A stretch of DNA of 64,000 bases. Origin: Haliotis rufescens (Eukaryota). Shown piece by piece: positions 25,187-39,282 of the stretch. How positions within the stretch are numbered: position 1 is the first letter of the stretch; each line of letters opens with the position of its first letter. The stretch spans positions 33,666,001-33,730,000 of the forward strand of contig NW_025963890.1 of assembly GCF_023055435.1 (NCBI RefSeq), written 5' to 3'. Made by a program: the position numbers and the translations under genes. The notes below the pieces were generated by a model. It saw only the letters and a list, made by a program, of their open reading frames with translations, was not told the DNA's origin and made no database searches.

Positions 25187-27260
25187 TTTTATGGACCTAT
25201 GATATGGAAAGTTAACACTTTACGTAATAGAGGTTAACATTATGCAGAAGTTGATTAAATGCATGGTCAGCGGATTTATATAAGATATAAATTATGTGAC
25301 CTGCTGTTTGTTACCAGATATCAAGTGACCCGCTGTTTGTTATCAGATATTATATGACTTGATGTTTGTTATCAGATATTATGTGACTTGCTGTTTGTTA
25401 TCAGATATTACGTGACTTGCTGTTTGTTATCGGATATCAAGAAACCTGCTGTTTGTTATCAGATATTATGTGACTGTCGTTTCTTATCGGATATCAAATG
25501 ACCTGCTGTTTGTTACCAGTTATTATGTGACTTGCTGTTTGTTATCAGATATTTTGTGACCTGCTGTTTGTTATCAGATATTATGTGACTTGCTGTTTGT
25601 TATCAGATATAACATGACTTGCTGTTTGTTACCCGATATTATGTGACCTGCTTTTTTGTTACCAGATATTATGTGACTTGCTGTTTGTTATCAGATATTA
25701 TGTGACTTGCTGTTTGTTATCAGATATTTCGTGACTTGCTGTTTTTTATCACATATTAAGTGACTGTCGTTTCTTATCGGATATCAAGTGACCCGCGGTT
25801 TGTTACCAGATATTATGTGACTTGCTGTTTGTTATAAGATATTATGTGACTTGATGTTTGTTATCAGATATTATGTGACTTGCTGTTTGTTATCGGATAT
25901 CAAGTGACCTGCTGTTTGTTACCAGATATTATGTGACTTCCTGTTTGTTATCAGATATTATGTGACTTGCTGTTTGTTATCAGATATTACGTGACTTGCT
26001 GTTTGTTATTGGATATCAAGTTACCTGCTGTTTGTTATCAGATATTATGTGACTGTCGTTTCTTATCGGATATCAAGTGACCTGCTGTTTGTTACCAGAT
26101 ATTATGTGACTTGCTGTTTGTTATCAGATATTATGTGACTTGCTGTTTGTTATCAGATATTTTTTATGGACCTATGATATGGAAAGTTAACACTTTACGT
26201 AATAGAGGTTAACATTATGCAGATGTTGATTAAATGCATGGTCAGCGGATTTATATAAGATATAAATTATGTGACCTGCTGTTTGTTATCAGATATTATG
26301 TGACTTGCTGTTTGTTACCAGATATCAAGTGACCCGCTGTTTGTTATTGGATATCAAGTAACCTGCTGTTTTTTATCAGATATTATGTGACTATCGTTTC
26401 TTATCGGATATCAAGTGATACGCGGTTTGTTACCAGATATTATGTGACTTGCTGTTTGTTATAAGATATTATGTGACTTGATGTTTGTTATCAGATATTA
26501 AGTGACTTGCTGTTTGTTATTGGATATCAAGTGACCTGCTGTTTGTTACCAGATATTATGTGACTGTCGTTTCTTATCGGATATCAAGTGACCTGCTGTT
26601 TGTTACCAGATATTATGTGACTTGCTGTTTGTTATCAGATATTATGTGACTTGCTGTTTGTTATCAGATATTACGTGACTTGCTGTTTGTTATTGGATAT
26701 CAAGTAACCTGCTGTTTGTTATCAGATATTATGTGACTGTCGTTTCTTATCGGATATCAAGTGACCTGCTGTTTGTAACCAGATATTATGTGACTTGCTG
26801 TTTGTTATCAGATATTTTGTGACCTGCTGTCTGTTATCGGATATTATGTGACGTTCGTTTCTTATCGGATATCAAGTGACTTGCTGTTTGTTACCAGATA
26901 TTATGTGACTTGCTGTTTGTTATAAGATATAATGTGACTTCCTGTTTGTTATCAGATATTTCGTGACTTGCTGTTTTTTATCAGATATTATGTGACTGTC
27001 GTTTCTTATCGGATATCAAGTGACCTGCTGTTTGTTACCAGATATTATGTGACTTGCTGTTTGTTATCAGATATTATGTGACTTCCTGTTTGTTATTAGA
27101 TATTTCGTGACTTGCTGTTTTTTATCAGATGTTATGTGACTTCCTGTTTGTTATCAGATATCAAGTGACCTGCTGTTTGTTATCAGATATTATGTGACCT
27201 GTCTGTTTGTTATCAAATATTATGTGACCTAGTTTTTCGTATCAGATATTTTTATTCTCT
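25187..27260. repeat. 29-bp minisatellite (ATATTATGTGACTTGCTGTTTGTTATCAG) in two blocks, each led by the same ~105-bp unique segment
   Basis: Period 29 counted. Leader duplicated at about 25187 and 26163. Confidence 0.95.
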
Positions 27261-28872
27261 GGTCTGATATAGGTATCTAATATTTATTCTCTGGTCTGAT
27301 GTAGTTATCAGATATTTATTCTGTGGTCTGACATAGTTATCAGATATCTAGGCAGTTGTCGACTTAAGTTTGCATAGATTCATTTCACATATACCTGACA
27401 TGTTGTCTGGTGTATTATGCGAACACCTCTCATGGACACCTGCCCCTGTTTTCCGCCACAGATACATTCCCAACACTAGGTCATTGCCAGTCGGCGCCCA
27501 GATTATAGTCCCCTTGTCCGGTAAGTGGACATACGCATTCCAGTGAGTGGGGCACGTATGTCATCAGGCCCAGGTAATACTACACCGGTCCACCAACATT
27601 GTTGGCACGCATGACGTCGCCACATAATCGTGAATATGTCTGTACTGATGGTAATGGCTTCATGGCTGACATTGGGATGACTCGGAAGTAAGACACCAAG
27701 CTATGTTGTGTTTTTACATTCACATAATGCGTCGTTATAGATGAGGATAAAAAACCACATCAAATGTATCATGAATTGCTGTTTTAAAGAGACCTTTTTA
27801 GCTGCGCAGCAGGCATTTTACCGTGGTTGTACTATATGAGGCGGGGGTACATGTTTATGGCGACTTTGATTAAAGACTCCTTTGAGAAATATAGAAAACA
27901 TGGTCGGGTAGAATACATTAAAGTGAGCTGCTCGGAAGCGTATGTTAAGATGAATAATAAATGCAGATTTACATGCAGGTGACATGGTTTAGGGTTACTA
28001 TGAGAGATGCATAGCTGACGAGCGTTGTTACGTTGACATCGTAATCCAGCCCAGGAATCGAGCTACCTGAGCATTGACGCTTTACGACTGTTAATAACAT
28101 CTCACAACTTGAACATACGTAAGGGTAATTAATTCATGTTCTGATATGCTGCCAATCCGGGAACCGGCGCCCCCTCATCTGACGAGAAAGGTATTTCCAC
28201 CACCAGCATGTACGAGTATAAGGTCAAGTATGGAGTTTCATCTCTCGCAGACGGATATTCCCACATGTACAAACGGGCACTGGGTGACTGAAATATGAGT
28301 TGAAACTTCCCAGTCTGGAACTTCTTAGATTATTAATGTATATATCTGTGTTACTAATCACCATGCATGTCTCGCAGAGATCGCGAATTCCATTGACATC
28401 AATGATATACCAAGCTGTTCTCGAGTGTGTGCAGTGCAGATCGGGCAAGTCTTCACCGATCCTTTGTGTGGCCATTTTACTTAGACGCACAAAGCTAATT
28501 TCTGAGAACAAAGCGTTCGCGGTTAATCAACGATAAAAGTGTACTTGGCAGGATGCTCACACTCCTGGAATGATGGAAACACAAGCTGATATTTAATGCG
28601 TGCATGTAGTGACGTAACGTGTGATAAAGGGCAGGGTTAGTACCACAGACTGGCTTCCCGAAGGCATAAAACCTTCGTCATTCACATCACATGGAATACA
28701 TAATATTTTTATATCGCCAGAGCCACGTTAAACCATTTGCGATGTTTTATGCTTATTACAAGTCGTCAGGAAAATAAATATTTGGAAACGAGCAAATCAA
28801 GGCGTGACAAAACTAGCCGAGAGTGTAATGCTTCATGATCTACACATCAAATGTTCAGTTATTACTTGATGA

Positions 28873-29102
28873 CCGGTGAACATCCGGGTTAGAATAGGTC
28901 TTAAGCAACCCATACTTGTTGTAAGAGGCGACTACAACGGGATCGGGTGGTGAGACTCGCTGACTTGGTTGATGCATGTCATCTTATCCTAATTGGGTGA
29001 CCCGATGCTCATGATATCCATCACTCGATTGTCTGGGCCAGACTACCGTCATATACATTTAGCTTGAATATTGCTGCGTGCGGCTTTAAACACGAAACAA
29101 AC
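28873..29102 (+). mobile_element. Nin-domain-type SINE copy
   Basis: CTTGTTGTAAGAGGCGACT core, colinear with 23168-23368. Confidence 0.75.
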
Positions 29103-29268
29103 AATGCATATAACTTGATACATAACTTATGAGGTAGTGAAGCGAAACGATGGTACAATACAATCATGGTAGAGTGACGTAATTACATTTACCTTAATTT
29201 CAGCGACATGAACACTATTTGAGTTATATGATGACGTGTCGGCTTAATGTCTGAAGTGACGCATGTCT

Positions 29269-29873
29269 TACCCCGTCCACATGCACAACATGTACTAACG
29301 TCAGTAATTATGCGCATGTGTAACTATACATACGTGTGTATATGTAAATTTACTATGCGTCCACATGAAAAACATCATCTTAGGTGTGTAAATAAAGTAT
29401 GTAAATTGTGCAAGGCACACATATTTGTCAGTCTGTTTATGACTTTCAACACAAAACAGGTTGTTTTCCAATCAAAGTTGAATGAGAAGAGAGTTACTTC
29501 GCCGAAAGTTTTCGCGTAAAGCAACATGCGTCTGATTTAATTTGTACACAAAGTTTGGACTCCTTGAAACCAAAAGAAAACATTGTCGGCTCAACTCTGT
29601 ATATACGCATAAAAGTTGGCAGCTGTTGGCAATTTGTTTGGTGTTGGCAAAAGAACATATATTAATTAGATCACCCTCTTACGTTGACATAAACGTTCAC
29701 ATTGCAACATATACACAGTGCAAATTTACATTTACATTTGCACCTGCTCCAGATATGGTGCAAATTTGCTCCTGGTGTAAATATACACACGAGTTAACGC
29801 GTTCACATGGCAAGTATTTCTACACACGTATGCACATATACACACATGTATAGAGGCGCATGTGAACGGGGTA
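29269..29873. mobile_element. MITE-like element, possibly PIF/Harbinger-type
   Basis: Inverted termini TACCCCGTCCACATGC / GCATGTGAACGGGGTA with TTA/TAA context. Non-coding interior. Confidence 0.5.
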
Positions 29874-30778
29874 TAAGACCTTTGCCACTTTGGTTAAAGC
29901 CCACGAGCACGCATCTTGTCCCTCTTTATACATAAATCTCACAATGATCACTATATTATCCGAATAATTGTTTTACTGGGTCAACATTTTACTCTGTTGT
30001 TTTGTTCTGTCAAAGCGCAGAAGTCTCGTTATATGCGTCATCTGTCTAAAAAATGTAGTCTGTGTATACATGGGCCACGGCATGGGGCACGGGCGAACAA
30101 ACAACCCTGCACCCGAGTCAGGGAGAAGAATGCACGGACCACACCCACCACCCACAAAACCGCTACAGTGTACAATTGACCTGACCGCCTTGCTATAAAG
30201 GCTAATGTACCTGGGATATGACTGCCGCTCGGCTAGTGCCTCACGGTCATTAGGAGCGTGACGAGCAACATAGAAGGGATTACGACAGCGATTATCGTTT
30301 AAATCAAAATATTGATGCCCCAGCTTAGTGTTGACTTAGCTGCTGCTTTTAGGAAGTTGAAAAAAAAAAGACTGTCATAATTTACAACGCTTGTAACACT
30401 GCCACGTGGTTCTACTAAACGCCTCTGTACATACGCACATATAGCGAACGTTCACATGTGGTGGATAGATGAAGCCTATAACATCACCGAGTAATTACAA
30501 TAATTCTGTTGTTCTTTCCTAACCACAGTTAACTCCCGGAAGGTAATACCATCGTGGGAAGGTGATCAAGCTGTTCCTCGACGGGTGGTAAACCAACAAT
30601 GACTCAATTAGTTTTCACATCGAACGTTGAAGGGTGTGACGATAAAACACAGGATAGCTGAACACATACAGCCATCACATGTGTCTAGTGTTAGATACGA
30701 GTCACACTGAACGTGATGTCACGCACCAGTAGGAAGTACCTCCATAATCTATATGACTAATAACAGAGAGGTTGGGTC

Positions 30779-31156
30779 TTACATGCCATTGGTTGTATAC
30801 AAGGTTCCCATGCCACAAGAAGGCCCACATGGGATGGTAGACATAAACAGATTCAGGATGTCCTGACCGGTAGTAACAGTATCAACATCTGCATCATCCA
30901 CCTGGAATAGACCCTTCTGCTGCTTCTTATCATGAGTGTACGCGTGCACCTGCTGAGACTGCTGGTGTCGGTTACTGTCAGCACCGCCACAGTTGTGCCA
31001 ACCTGTACTTCCTGTTGAGCATCTGAGCACCTGCTGCTCAATGTCCAGTGTCAGGAGTACAGGCCCAGCATTGAAAGTCCCATACTCAATGATCAGTCCA
31101 GAGAAAGTAGAGCTGTAGGTGCTGCAGCTCACAAAAGACACATGATATAGACTAAG
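30779..31156 (-). pseudogene. Possible decayed exon containing a cadherin-repeat-like stretch (..QVGTTVAVLTVTD..)
   Basis: Acceptor-like cag and a coding-like frame, but the motif sits in a shifted frame. Weak. Confidence 0.25.
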
Positions 31157-33537
31157 CTGTTGTGTTGACAGAAATACAATTCAAATCAATCAAGATTATA
31201 TAAGTTATTCGTATTGCAGGAAGTAAGTGAGTGAGTGGGTGAGACAGTGAGTTAAACTTCAGTCACATACACAGTATAAAAAACAGTCATGGGACAGTTT
31301 AATAAATAGATTATCACAGATTAATCAGAGCATTAAAAAGATAGAACTATTATTTGACAGTACAATGTAAAAACGGGCCATAGATCACCTGCAACCCAAG
31401 GTAGATCGCCACACTAGGGACAGGTGGGACTCACAGTACCTCTACCTGGACGCTAGCCAGCAGGATGTGCACCATCCCTACAGCTGCTGCTGACTGTATT
31501 CATATTGAAAGTGTCATGCGGCAGTGTATATTGTAACTATTTCTGAGGAATGTAACTGGCAGCATATTGACTGAGGCACTCATATAATGTTAAGTTCTGG
31601 TTGTGATCAGAACTTTGTGGACAGATTCAAGAATTTACCACAATTTTCAATAAAGTCTAACATGTCGTCATGAAAATTTATTTTAAAAAAGAATCACAAA
31701 TCATCAAAAGGCACCACTTCACAACCAGACTGATCTGTATAGCAAGTTTCATCTTGACATATTCAACAGTTTTGGAGTTCTGACCTAGAAACGACCACCA
31801 TAGCTGCTGATCGCTAATTTGCCTCCTGTTTTTTCAAAACGGTAGGATTATAACAGAGTCTGGACCAGGCAGGTAGTTGACAGTATGAGCAACGACTATG
31901 CCAGTGGATCCTCTGAGTCACAATCAATCAGGTCACACCATGCAGCAATCAAACCCAGACTTTAGTCCGGTTTTCGAACATCCTGTGCTCTTGAATCCCC
32001 ATCAGTGTCAACTGACTTCTCCCACGGGTGACCAGTGTATCTCTCTGTGTATGCATATAATGCAGCTGAACATCTCTGTGAAGTAACTGAATGACAACAA
32101 ACACTGAGTTGGTGGGTAAACCTTTACTGTTGGAGGCCATATGTTGCACATATATATATAGCCTGTGTGTGGTTGCAGCAGTGCACCCTACACATCAGGG
32201 GATCAGGGAAACAATATAACGGTAAAAAAAACATGCTATTTTACAGGGCATTATAATTTGCAGAAGCCTGAGGTCTTCCATTAACTGCCCGACAAAGGAT
32301 GGCAGTTGAAAAGACCAAGGGCTTCTGCAAATGACAATGTCCTGAAAAATAGAGTTACCGTTATCACAGCGAAAATGGATAGAATTTGTAATCAATTAAA
32401 AATTAACATCAATATCGGTTTTTAAACATTTACTGCAATCAACACACAATAAATGTCACTGACCCACTTTTACAAATATGGAAACGTCACAGAACAAACC
32501 AGATGATGTCACCTATCCCTATCCTATGACATCACCTCACAACGGGCGTGATAATGGCCTGTCATCAAAGCACTATGAGGGCATTATCAAGTTACAGTGG
32601 CCCACTCGTTTCTGATAACACGCGGGCTGTTTAATGATAATTCTATCCATTTTAGCTATAATTTTAGTTAAGTCTCACTCATAAATTCATTTGTTGCTTC
32701 ACGCCAACTCCCAAATTGATGCCTATTGTACAGTTATTTGCTTGTGAAACATTCAGCCCTAGTAAAACATGTCAAACCAATGAATTTGTCACAACAAATT
32801 AAGATGATGTCATCATTCATTAGGATGTCACAAGAAATTTTGTGACTTTGTGAGGTTGATTAATCGAATGACTATGTCATCAACAAACCTTCATTTGTAT
32901 TTACATTTTCTTAAAAGCAATACTCTGGCTAACATAAAGAAAACCCTTCTTACAACTCAATCATAAATACTTCATATTCTTGTATAACGACAACCAACAA
33001 AGTATTGCCCATTTGCAGAATATCTGGCCCTTGTGAAGAAACACTGCATGTCCTTTAGAAAGGCTAAAAAATTCCATCCGTGAGAACAGATCAAGGATGT
33101 AGCTTGCAGGTTGTTCTCTAAGTGGAACCAGCACCTCAGCTCGTCAGGACTGCCAGCTCCAGACAAAGGCACTATGTCTAATTAATACTCTTCAAGAGGC
33201 CTTTCACTTCAACAGTACCGAGATTCATTCAAGCACTGACACAGTACACCTTCAGACCGCCTCACATCCCACATGCTGGGTTTGTTTTTCTTGCGCTACA
33301 AGCGATGCACTATCTCAGTTCTCAGTATATACACAACAATATATGTCATCCACTACAAACACATGTACAGGCTGTTGTTTGTAAAGAAGTACAAAATTAC
33401 TGTATACAATAAACAAGTGTATGCATGGTTACACGGCAGTGGGAATGACTACATCAGTGCCCAGGTGGTTGCGGTGAGGCCAGGTATTGATGCCTTATAA
33501 CACCTATGTGCTCCTGTTGCATTAAATAGGACAAGAG

Positions 33538-33882
33538 CTACTGATCTACTGATCTAAGGAGCCAGGGAGCTCCCCCTCCAACTACTGATCTAAGGAGCCA
33601 GGGAAACCCCTTCAACTACTGATCTAAGGAGCCAGGGAGCTCCCCCTTCAACTACTGATCTAAGGAGCCAGGGAAACCCCTTCAACTACTGATCTAAGGA
33701 GCCAGGGAGCTCCCCCTTCAACTACTGATCTAAGGTGCCAGGGAAACCCCTTCAACTACTGATCTAAGGAGCCAGGGAGCTCCCCCTCCAACTACTGATC
33801 TAAGGTGCCAGGGAAACCCCTTCAACTACTGATCTAAGGAGCCAGGGAGCTCCCCCTCCAATTACTGATCTAAGGAGCCACG
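33538..33882. repeat. Alternating 36/34-bp tandem repeat (70-bp dimer)
   Basis: ACTACTGATCTAAGGAGCCAGGG followed alternately by AGCTCCCCC or AAACCCC. Confidence 0.9.
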
Positions 33883-34441
33883 GAGTTACCAAGTATGTCC
33901 CTTGGAAAGTGTTATCACTTACGCATGGAATGTAATCTGTTATCTTAAACTTCAGACATGCAAATCTGAAACCAGCAGCTAATAATTAACCAGTGCAGCT
34001 GTGCACTGAAGGAAGTAAATCATGCCAATTCATGTTATGTGGAATCACTCTTGCATATGAAGTTTGAGATTGCATGCCTGCAGAGTGACATTGCAACATT
34101 AACCCAACTGACAGTCTTGCAGCATTGTCATGTCACATTCTCACGTTTGTCTATTGTGAGGTCAATGTGAGCCAAACGGTATTGTACTTCATTAGCCTCT
34201 TGTCACTTGACATCCATGAGGTAGGAATTTCACATAAACAGGTGCCTAATTTTGATCAAGAGTAATGAGCATAACTGATCCTGGGGCATGTATTGTAATG
34301 ATGAAAGACTGGTAAACATGCTTCCAATTTCCAACACACTGTGAACATACACATCTCATAGTTCATATATATACACTCACATTCCCAAGGAAAGGGATAA
34401 CTGACTGTATAAGTCTACTGTCCAAAAGTCTGAACTATAAC

Positions 34442-35101
34442 TCTGAAATATACCAGACACCTCAACAGCTGGAATATACCACACACCTCAACAGCTGGAA
34501 TATACCAGACACCTCAACAGCTGGAATATACCAGACACCTAGGAGCTGAAATATTTCCCAGAAACCACAACAGTTGAACTATGTCAGATACCCTACCAGC
34601 TGAAAAAAAAGACACTCCAACAGCTGAAATATACCAGACTCTCCAATAGGTGAAATATACCAGACACTCCAATAGCTGAAATATACCAGACACTCCAATA
34701 GCTGAAATATACCAGACACTCCAATAGCTGAAATATACCAGACACTCCAATAGCTGAAATATACCAGACACTCCAATAGCTGAAATATACCAGACACTCC
34801 AATACCTGAAATATACCAGACTCTCCAATAGCTGAAATATACCAGACACTCCAATACCTGAAATATACCAGACTCTCCAACAGCTGAAATATACCAGACA
34901 CTCCATCAGCTGAAATATACCAGACACTCCAATAGCTGAAATATACCAGACACTCCATCAGCTGAAATATACCAGACATTCCAATAGCTGAAATATACCA
35001 GACACTCTAATAGCTGAAATATACCAGACACTCCAATAGCTGAAATATACCAGACGCTCCAATAGCTGAAATATACCAGAAACTCCAACAGCTGAAATAT
35101 A
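34442..35101. repeat. 26-bp minisatellite (GCTGAAATATACCAGACACTCCAATA)
   Basis: Direct reading. Confidence 0.95.
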
Positions 35102-35642
35102 CAGTATTAGAACAACAATTTCACGTTTGTTATTGAACATCCTTACAGTCATACAGCAGAGATTACTTGCAATTTGAGGATTATCGGGGATGATTTAACA
35201 ACTTGGCCCAAAACAACCCCTGAAAAAAACTTCCTCTTGGTTGATTTAACTACGTGGGCATGGTATTGGATAAACAATATGTCTATTGTGAGGTATCAAA
35301 ATGAATTGCACTACACAACCTGCTTCGTTAACTTTCTTGATCATGAAGTACACAGGACTTGATGAGACATGCACTTGTCCTTTTCAGCCAGCTGATCAAC
35401 AGTCTATATCAATGTGCCTCCTGGTGGAAGAATTTTAGGTAACTTGTTGGTAAAATGTGTTACATAACTGAACAGTTAGTTGTCCTGCACAGAGTGACAA
35501 TGAGTAGGCAATATTTTGTAGGGTTGACTCCTGATTCACTTCCTATTGTTGGTGAGGTCTCAACCAATATGTACATCTCATACTCCATCAAGAACATCCC
35601 CTCATTCCACATGGGAGAGAGTGTTTGCTGCAGCATGTCCAC

Positions 35643-35735
35643 CTACTCCTGAAGGTTGGGCCCCGAGGCAAACAGGAGCTGGGTGAGTTGGCGGCGCCGG
35701 ACACGATTTCCACACTCTGGGCACTCTTTGCTGCT
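35643..35735 (-). CDS. RTEL1: RTEL1 last coding exon (SSKECPECGNRVRRRQLTQLLFASGPNLQE*), second half of the RING
   Basis: gacag acceptor, phase 0. Supplies the final CxxC of the RING begun in 36385-36482. Confidence 0.75.
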   Translation of the reverse strand, partial: SSKECPECGNRVRRRQLTQLLFASGPNLQE

Positions 35736-35748
35736 CTGTCAACAGTAA

Positions 35749-36260
35749 ACAATACAGGACTACATAACATAGTCAGTCTGGACAATAACTCTAATATCCC
35801 CAAGCTGCCCAACTCCACAAACAACAGAGGACTACATAACATAGTCAGTCTGGACAATAACTCTAATATCCCCAAGCTGCCCAACTCCACAAACGACACA
35901 TGACTACATAACATAGTTAGTCTGGACAATAACTCTAATATCCCCAAGCTGCCCAACTCCACAAACAACACTCTGGGCACTCTTTGCTGCTTTGTCAACA
36001 ATAAACAACACAGGAATATATAACACAGACAATCTGGACAATAACTCTAATATCCCTCCACAAACAACACAGGACTACATAACATAGTCAGTCTGGGCAA
36101 TAACTATGATATTCTATGCTGCCCAACTCCACAAACAACACAGGACTACATAACATAGTCAGTCTGGGCAATAACTCTGATATTCTATGCTGCCCAACTC
36201 CACAAACAACACAGGACTACATAACATAGTCAGTCTGGGCAATAACTCTGATATCCCCTG
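35749..36260. repeat. 72-bp intronic tandem repeat
   Basis: 24-aa periodicity in the spurious ORFs. Confidence 0.9.
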
Positions 36261-36384
36261 CTGCCCTTGCTCCAAGGTTAACCAGTACCACCACTGATAC
36301 TCTGGCTCCACTGATACTGAGGTGCTGTGACACACTCACTGTAAACCTGTACTGAGGCTCTATAGCACTGTGCGGGGTTTGTAC

Positions 36385-36482
36385 CTGAAACACTTGCTTC
36401 CAGCACATGTAACAGCAGACATGCTGACACTGGGCTCGGAACGGGATGTTGGCATCATTCTTACATAGCCCGCATGTGTACC
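36385..36482 (-). CDS. RTEL1: RTEL1 exon (GYTCGLCKNDANIPFRAQCQHVCCYMCWKQVFQ), first half of a C3HC4 RING
   Basis: AG/GT boundaries. Its phase 1 start matches the donor at 49204. Confidence 0.75.
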
Positions 36483-36600
36483 CTGAAACAGACAGTGCTG
36501 GCATATATTCCTTCATACAAAAATGGCAGGTAGGTCAGTTAGCTGTTCACTGCAATAGAGAGCCATCCCAAGTCAAATATAGCTAGTCCCTGCAGATGAG

Positions 36601-36881
36601 TGAGTGAGTGAGTTGGATTTAACGCCGCTTTTAACACTATTCCAGTTATATCACGGCGTGTCAGCTTAATGTGGGATGAAAGCCCGAAGTGATGCAGGTC
36701 TCAGAGGTTTACCACTTCAGTGAAACCCATGAGCATGGGTATGGTGCTGACAAACCTAGAAACATAATCGGGGTGAACCGGGATTCGAACCCACAATCAT
36801 AGGTTTCTGGCGTGCCAAAGGGACGCAAATCTGCACAGCGAATCGCGGAGCCTTAGACGACTGGGCCACCCGTGCCCCCCC
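36601..36881 (-). mobile_element. tRNA-derived SINE with (ACTC)n tail, second family
   Basis: A box TGGCCCAGTCG, B box GGTTCGAATCC. 13-bp TSD CCCTGCAGATGAG at 36588 and 36882. Confidence 0.9.
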
Positions 36882-37779
36882 CCCTGCAGATGAGGGTTAG
36901 CTAGATTAACATATAGTCCCGAAATAAAGTTATGCAAACATTAAGTTAAAATCATTCTGTTAAAGAACCCTCGAGTATCTTAATTTCAGTAGCCTAAGGT
37001 ATAGGATACCAGATCAGAGAAGTGAATGAGAATGTGTGACATCATACTCAGCAATATTCTATGTATATGATGGCAGTCTGTAAATAATTGAGTCTGGACC
37101 AGACAATCCAGTGATTGATAACAATAAGATATGATTGCCGCCACTGACCTGGGCTCTGGCAGTGTGGAGACGACCCCTACCAGACTGAGAGCTGCCATAG
37201 ACTGGGGCTCTGGAAGTGTGGGGACGACCCCTTCCAGACCTGATAGCTGCCATAGACTGGGGTTCTGGCAGTGTGGAGATGACCCCTACCAGACCTGATA
37301 GCCGCCCTAGACCTGGGCTCTGGAAGTGTGGAGACGACCCCTACCAGACCTGATAGCCGCCATAGACTGGGGCTGTGGCAGTGATGAGACCTTGTGGTCA
37401 CCCAGATTGCTCACATTTGTATCAATGTCTTATCGCTGGCACTGAAGTTACATTACACTACCTTAAAGATTGTAGAAGTTGCACGTACATAATTATTATG
37501 AAACAACAGCAAGTATGCAGCTAATCACTGGGCGAGGAAGAGGAAGTGGGTGTTTACAGCAGGAATGTGTTCTGTGAGCACCAGGGAGTGGCTGGACAGG
37601 ATATCTGGTTGGAGTGACCAATAAATACTCAAACTTTGAACATGTACCATGTGATCACTCTCCCCAGGATCCTTGAATCATATCCACCTCATAATGCATA
37701 CTGTCAGCAAAATCTTCACTTTCCCCTTTCTAATATGTTCTTTGGCAGATTACCAAGGCACTTTCTTTTCTATATGTGC

Positions 37780-39282
37780 CAAATATATATGACCCCAGAC
37801 CAGTACACACATCAGGTCAACACCAACAGGTCGTACTCAGATGAGATATATATGACCTAGCTTATACCAGTACACACATCAGGTCAACACCATCAGGTTG
37901 TACTGAGATGAGATATATATGACCCCATACCAGTACACACATGAGGTCAACACCAACAGGTCATACTGAGATGAAATATATATGACCTAGCTTATACCAG
38001 TACACACATCAGGTCAACACCAACAGGTTGTACTGAGATGAAATATATATGACCCTATACCAGTACACACATCAGGTCAACACCAACAGGTTGTACTGAG
38101 ATGAGATATATATGACCCCATACTAGTACACACATCAGGTCAACACCAACAGGTTGTACTGAGATGAGATATATATTACCTAGCTTATACTAGTACACAA
38201 ATCAGGTCAACACCAACAGGTCATACTGAGGTGAGATATATATGACCCCATACCAGTACACACATAAGGTCAACACCAACAGGTTGTACTGAGATGAGAT
38301 ATATATGACCTAGCTTATACCAGTACACACATCAGGTCAACACCAACAGGTTGTACTGAGATGAGATAAATATGACACTATATCAGTACACATATCAGGT
38401 CAACACCAACAGGTTGTACTGAGATGAGATATATATGACCTAGCTTATACCAGTACACACATCAGGTCAACACCAACAGGTTGTACTGAGATGAGATATA
38501 TATGACCTAGCTTATACCAGTACACACATCAGGTCAACACCAACAGGTCGTACTGAGATGAGATATATATGACCCATTACCAGTACACACATCAGGTTAA
38601 CACCAACAGGTCATACAGAGATGAGATATATATGACCTAGCTTATACCAGTACACACATCAGGTCAACACCAACAGGTTGTACTGAGATGAGATATATAT
38701 GACCTAGCTTATACCAGTACACACATCAGGTCAACACCAACAGGTTGTACTGAGATGAGATATATATGACATAGCTTATACCAGTACACACATCAGGTCA
38801 ACACCAACAGGTTGTACTGAGATGAGATATATATGACCCCATACCAGTACACACATCAGGTCAACACCAACAGGTCGTACTGAGATGAGATATATATGAC
38901 CCCATACTAGTACACATATCAGGTCAACACCAACAGGTTGTACTGAGATGAGATAAATATGACACTATACCAGTACACACATCAGGTCAACACCAACAGG
39001 TCGTACTGAGATGAGATATATATGACCTAGCTTATACCAGTACACATATCAGGTCAACACCAACAGGTTGTACTGAGATGAGATATATATGACCCCATAC
39101 TAGTACACATATCAGGTCAACACCAACAGGTTGTACTGAGATGAGATATATATGACCCCATACTAGTACACATATCAGGTCAACACCAACAGGTTGTACT
39201 GAGATGAGATAAATATGACACTATACCAGTACACACATCAGGTCAACACCAACAGGTCGTACTGAGATGAGATATATATGAC
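37780..39282. repeat. 62/67-bp minisatellite; resumes at 48544-48618 after the P element
   Basis: Unit TATGACCTAGCTTATACCAGTACACACATCAGGTCAACACCAACAGGTTGTACTGAGATGAGATATA. Confidence 0.95.

Noticed and set aside
34514-36001. Hydrophobic repetitive ORFs here and at 15585-16663 and 54520-55749
   Set aside because: They are translations of minisatellites.
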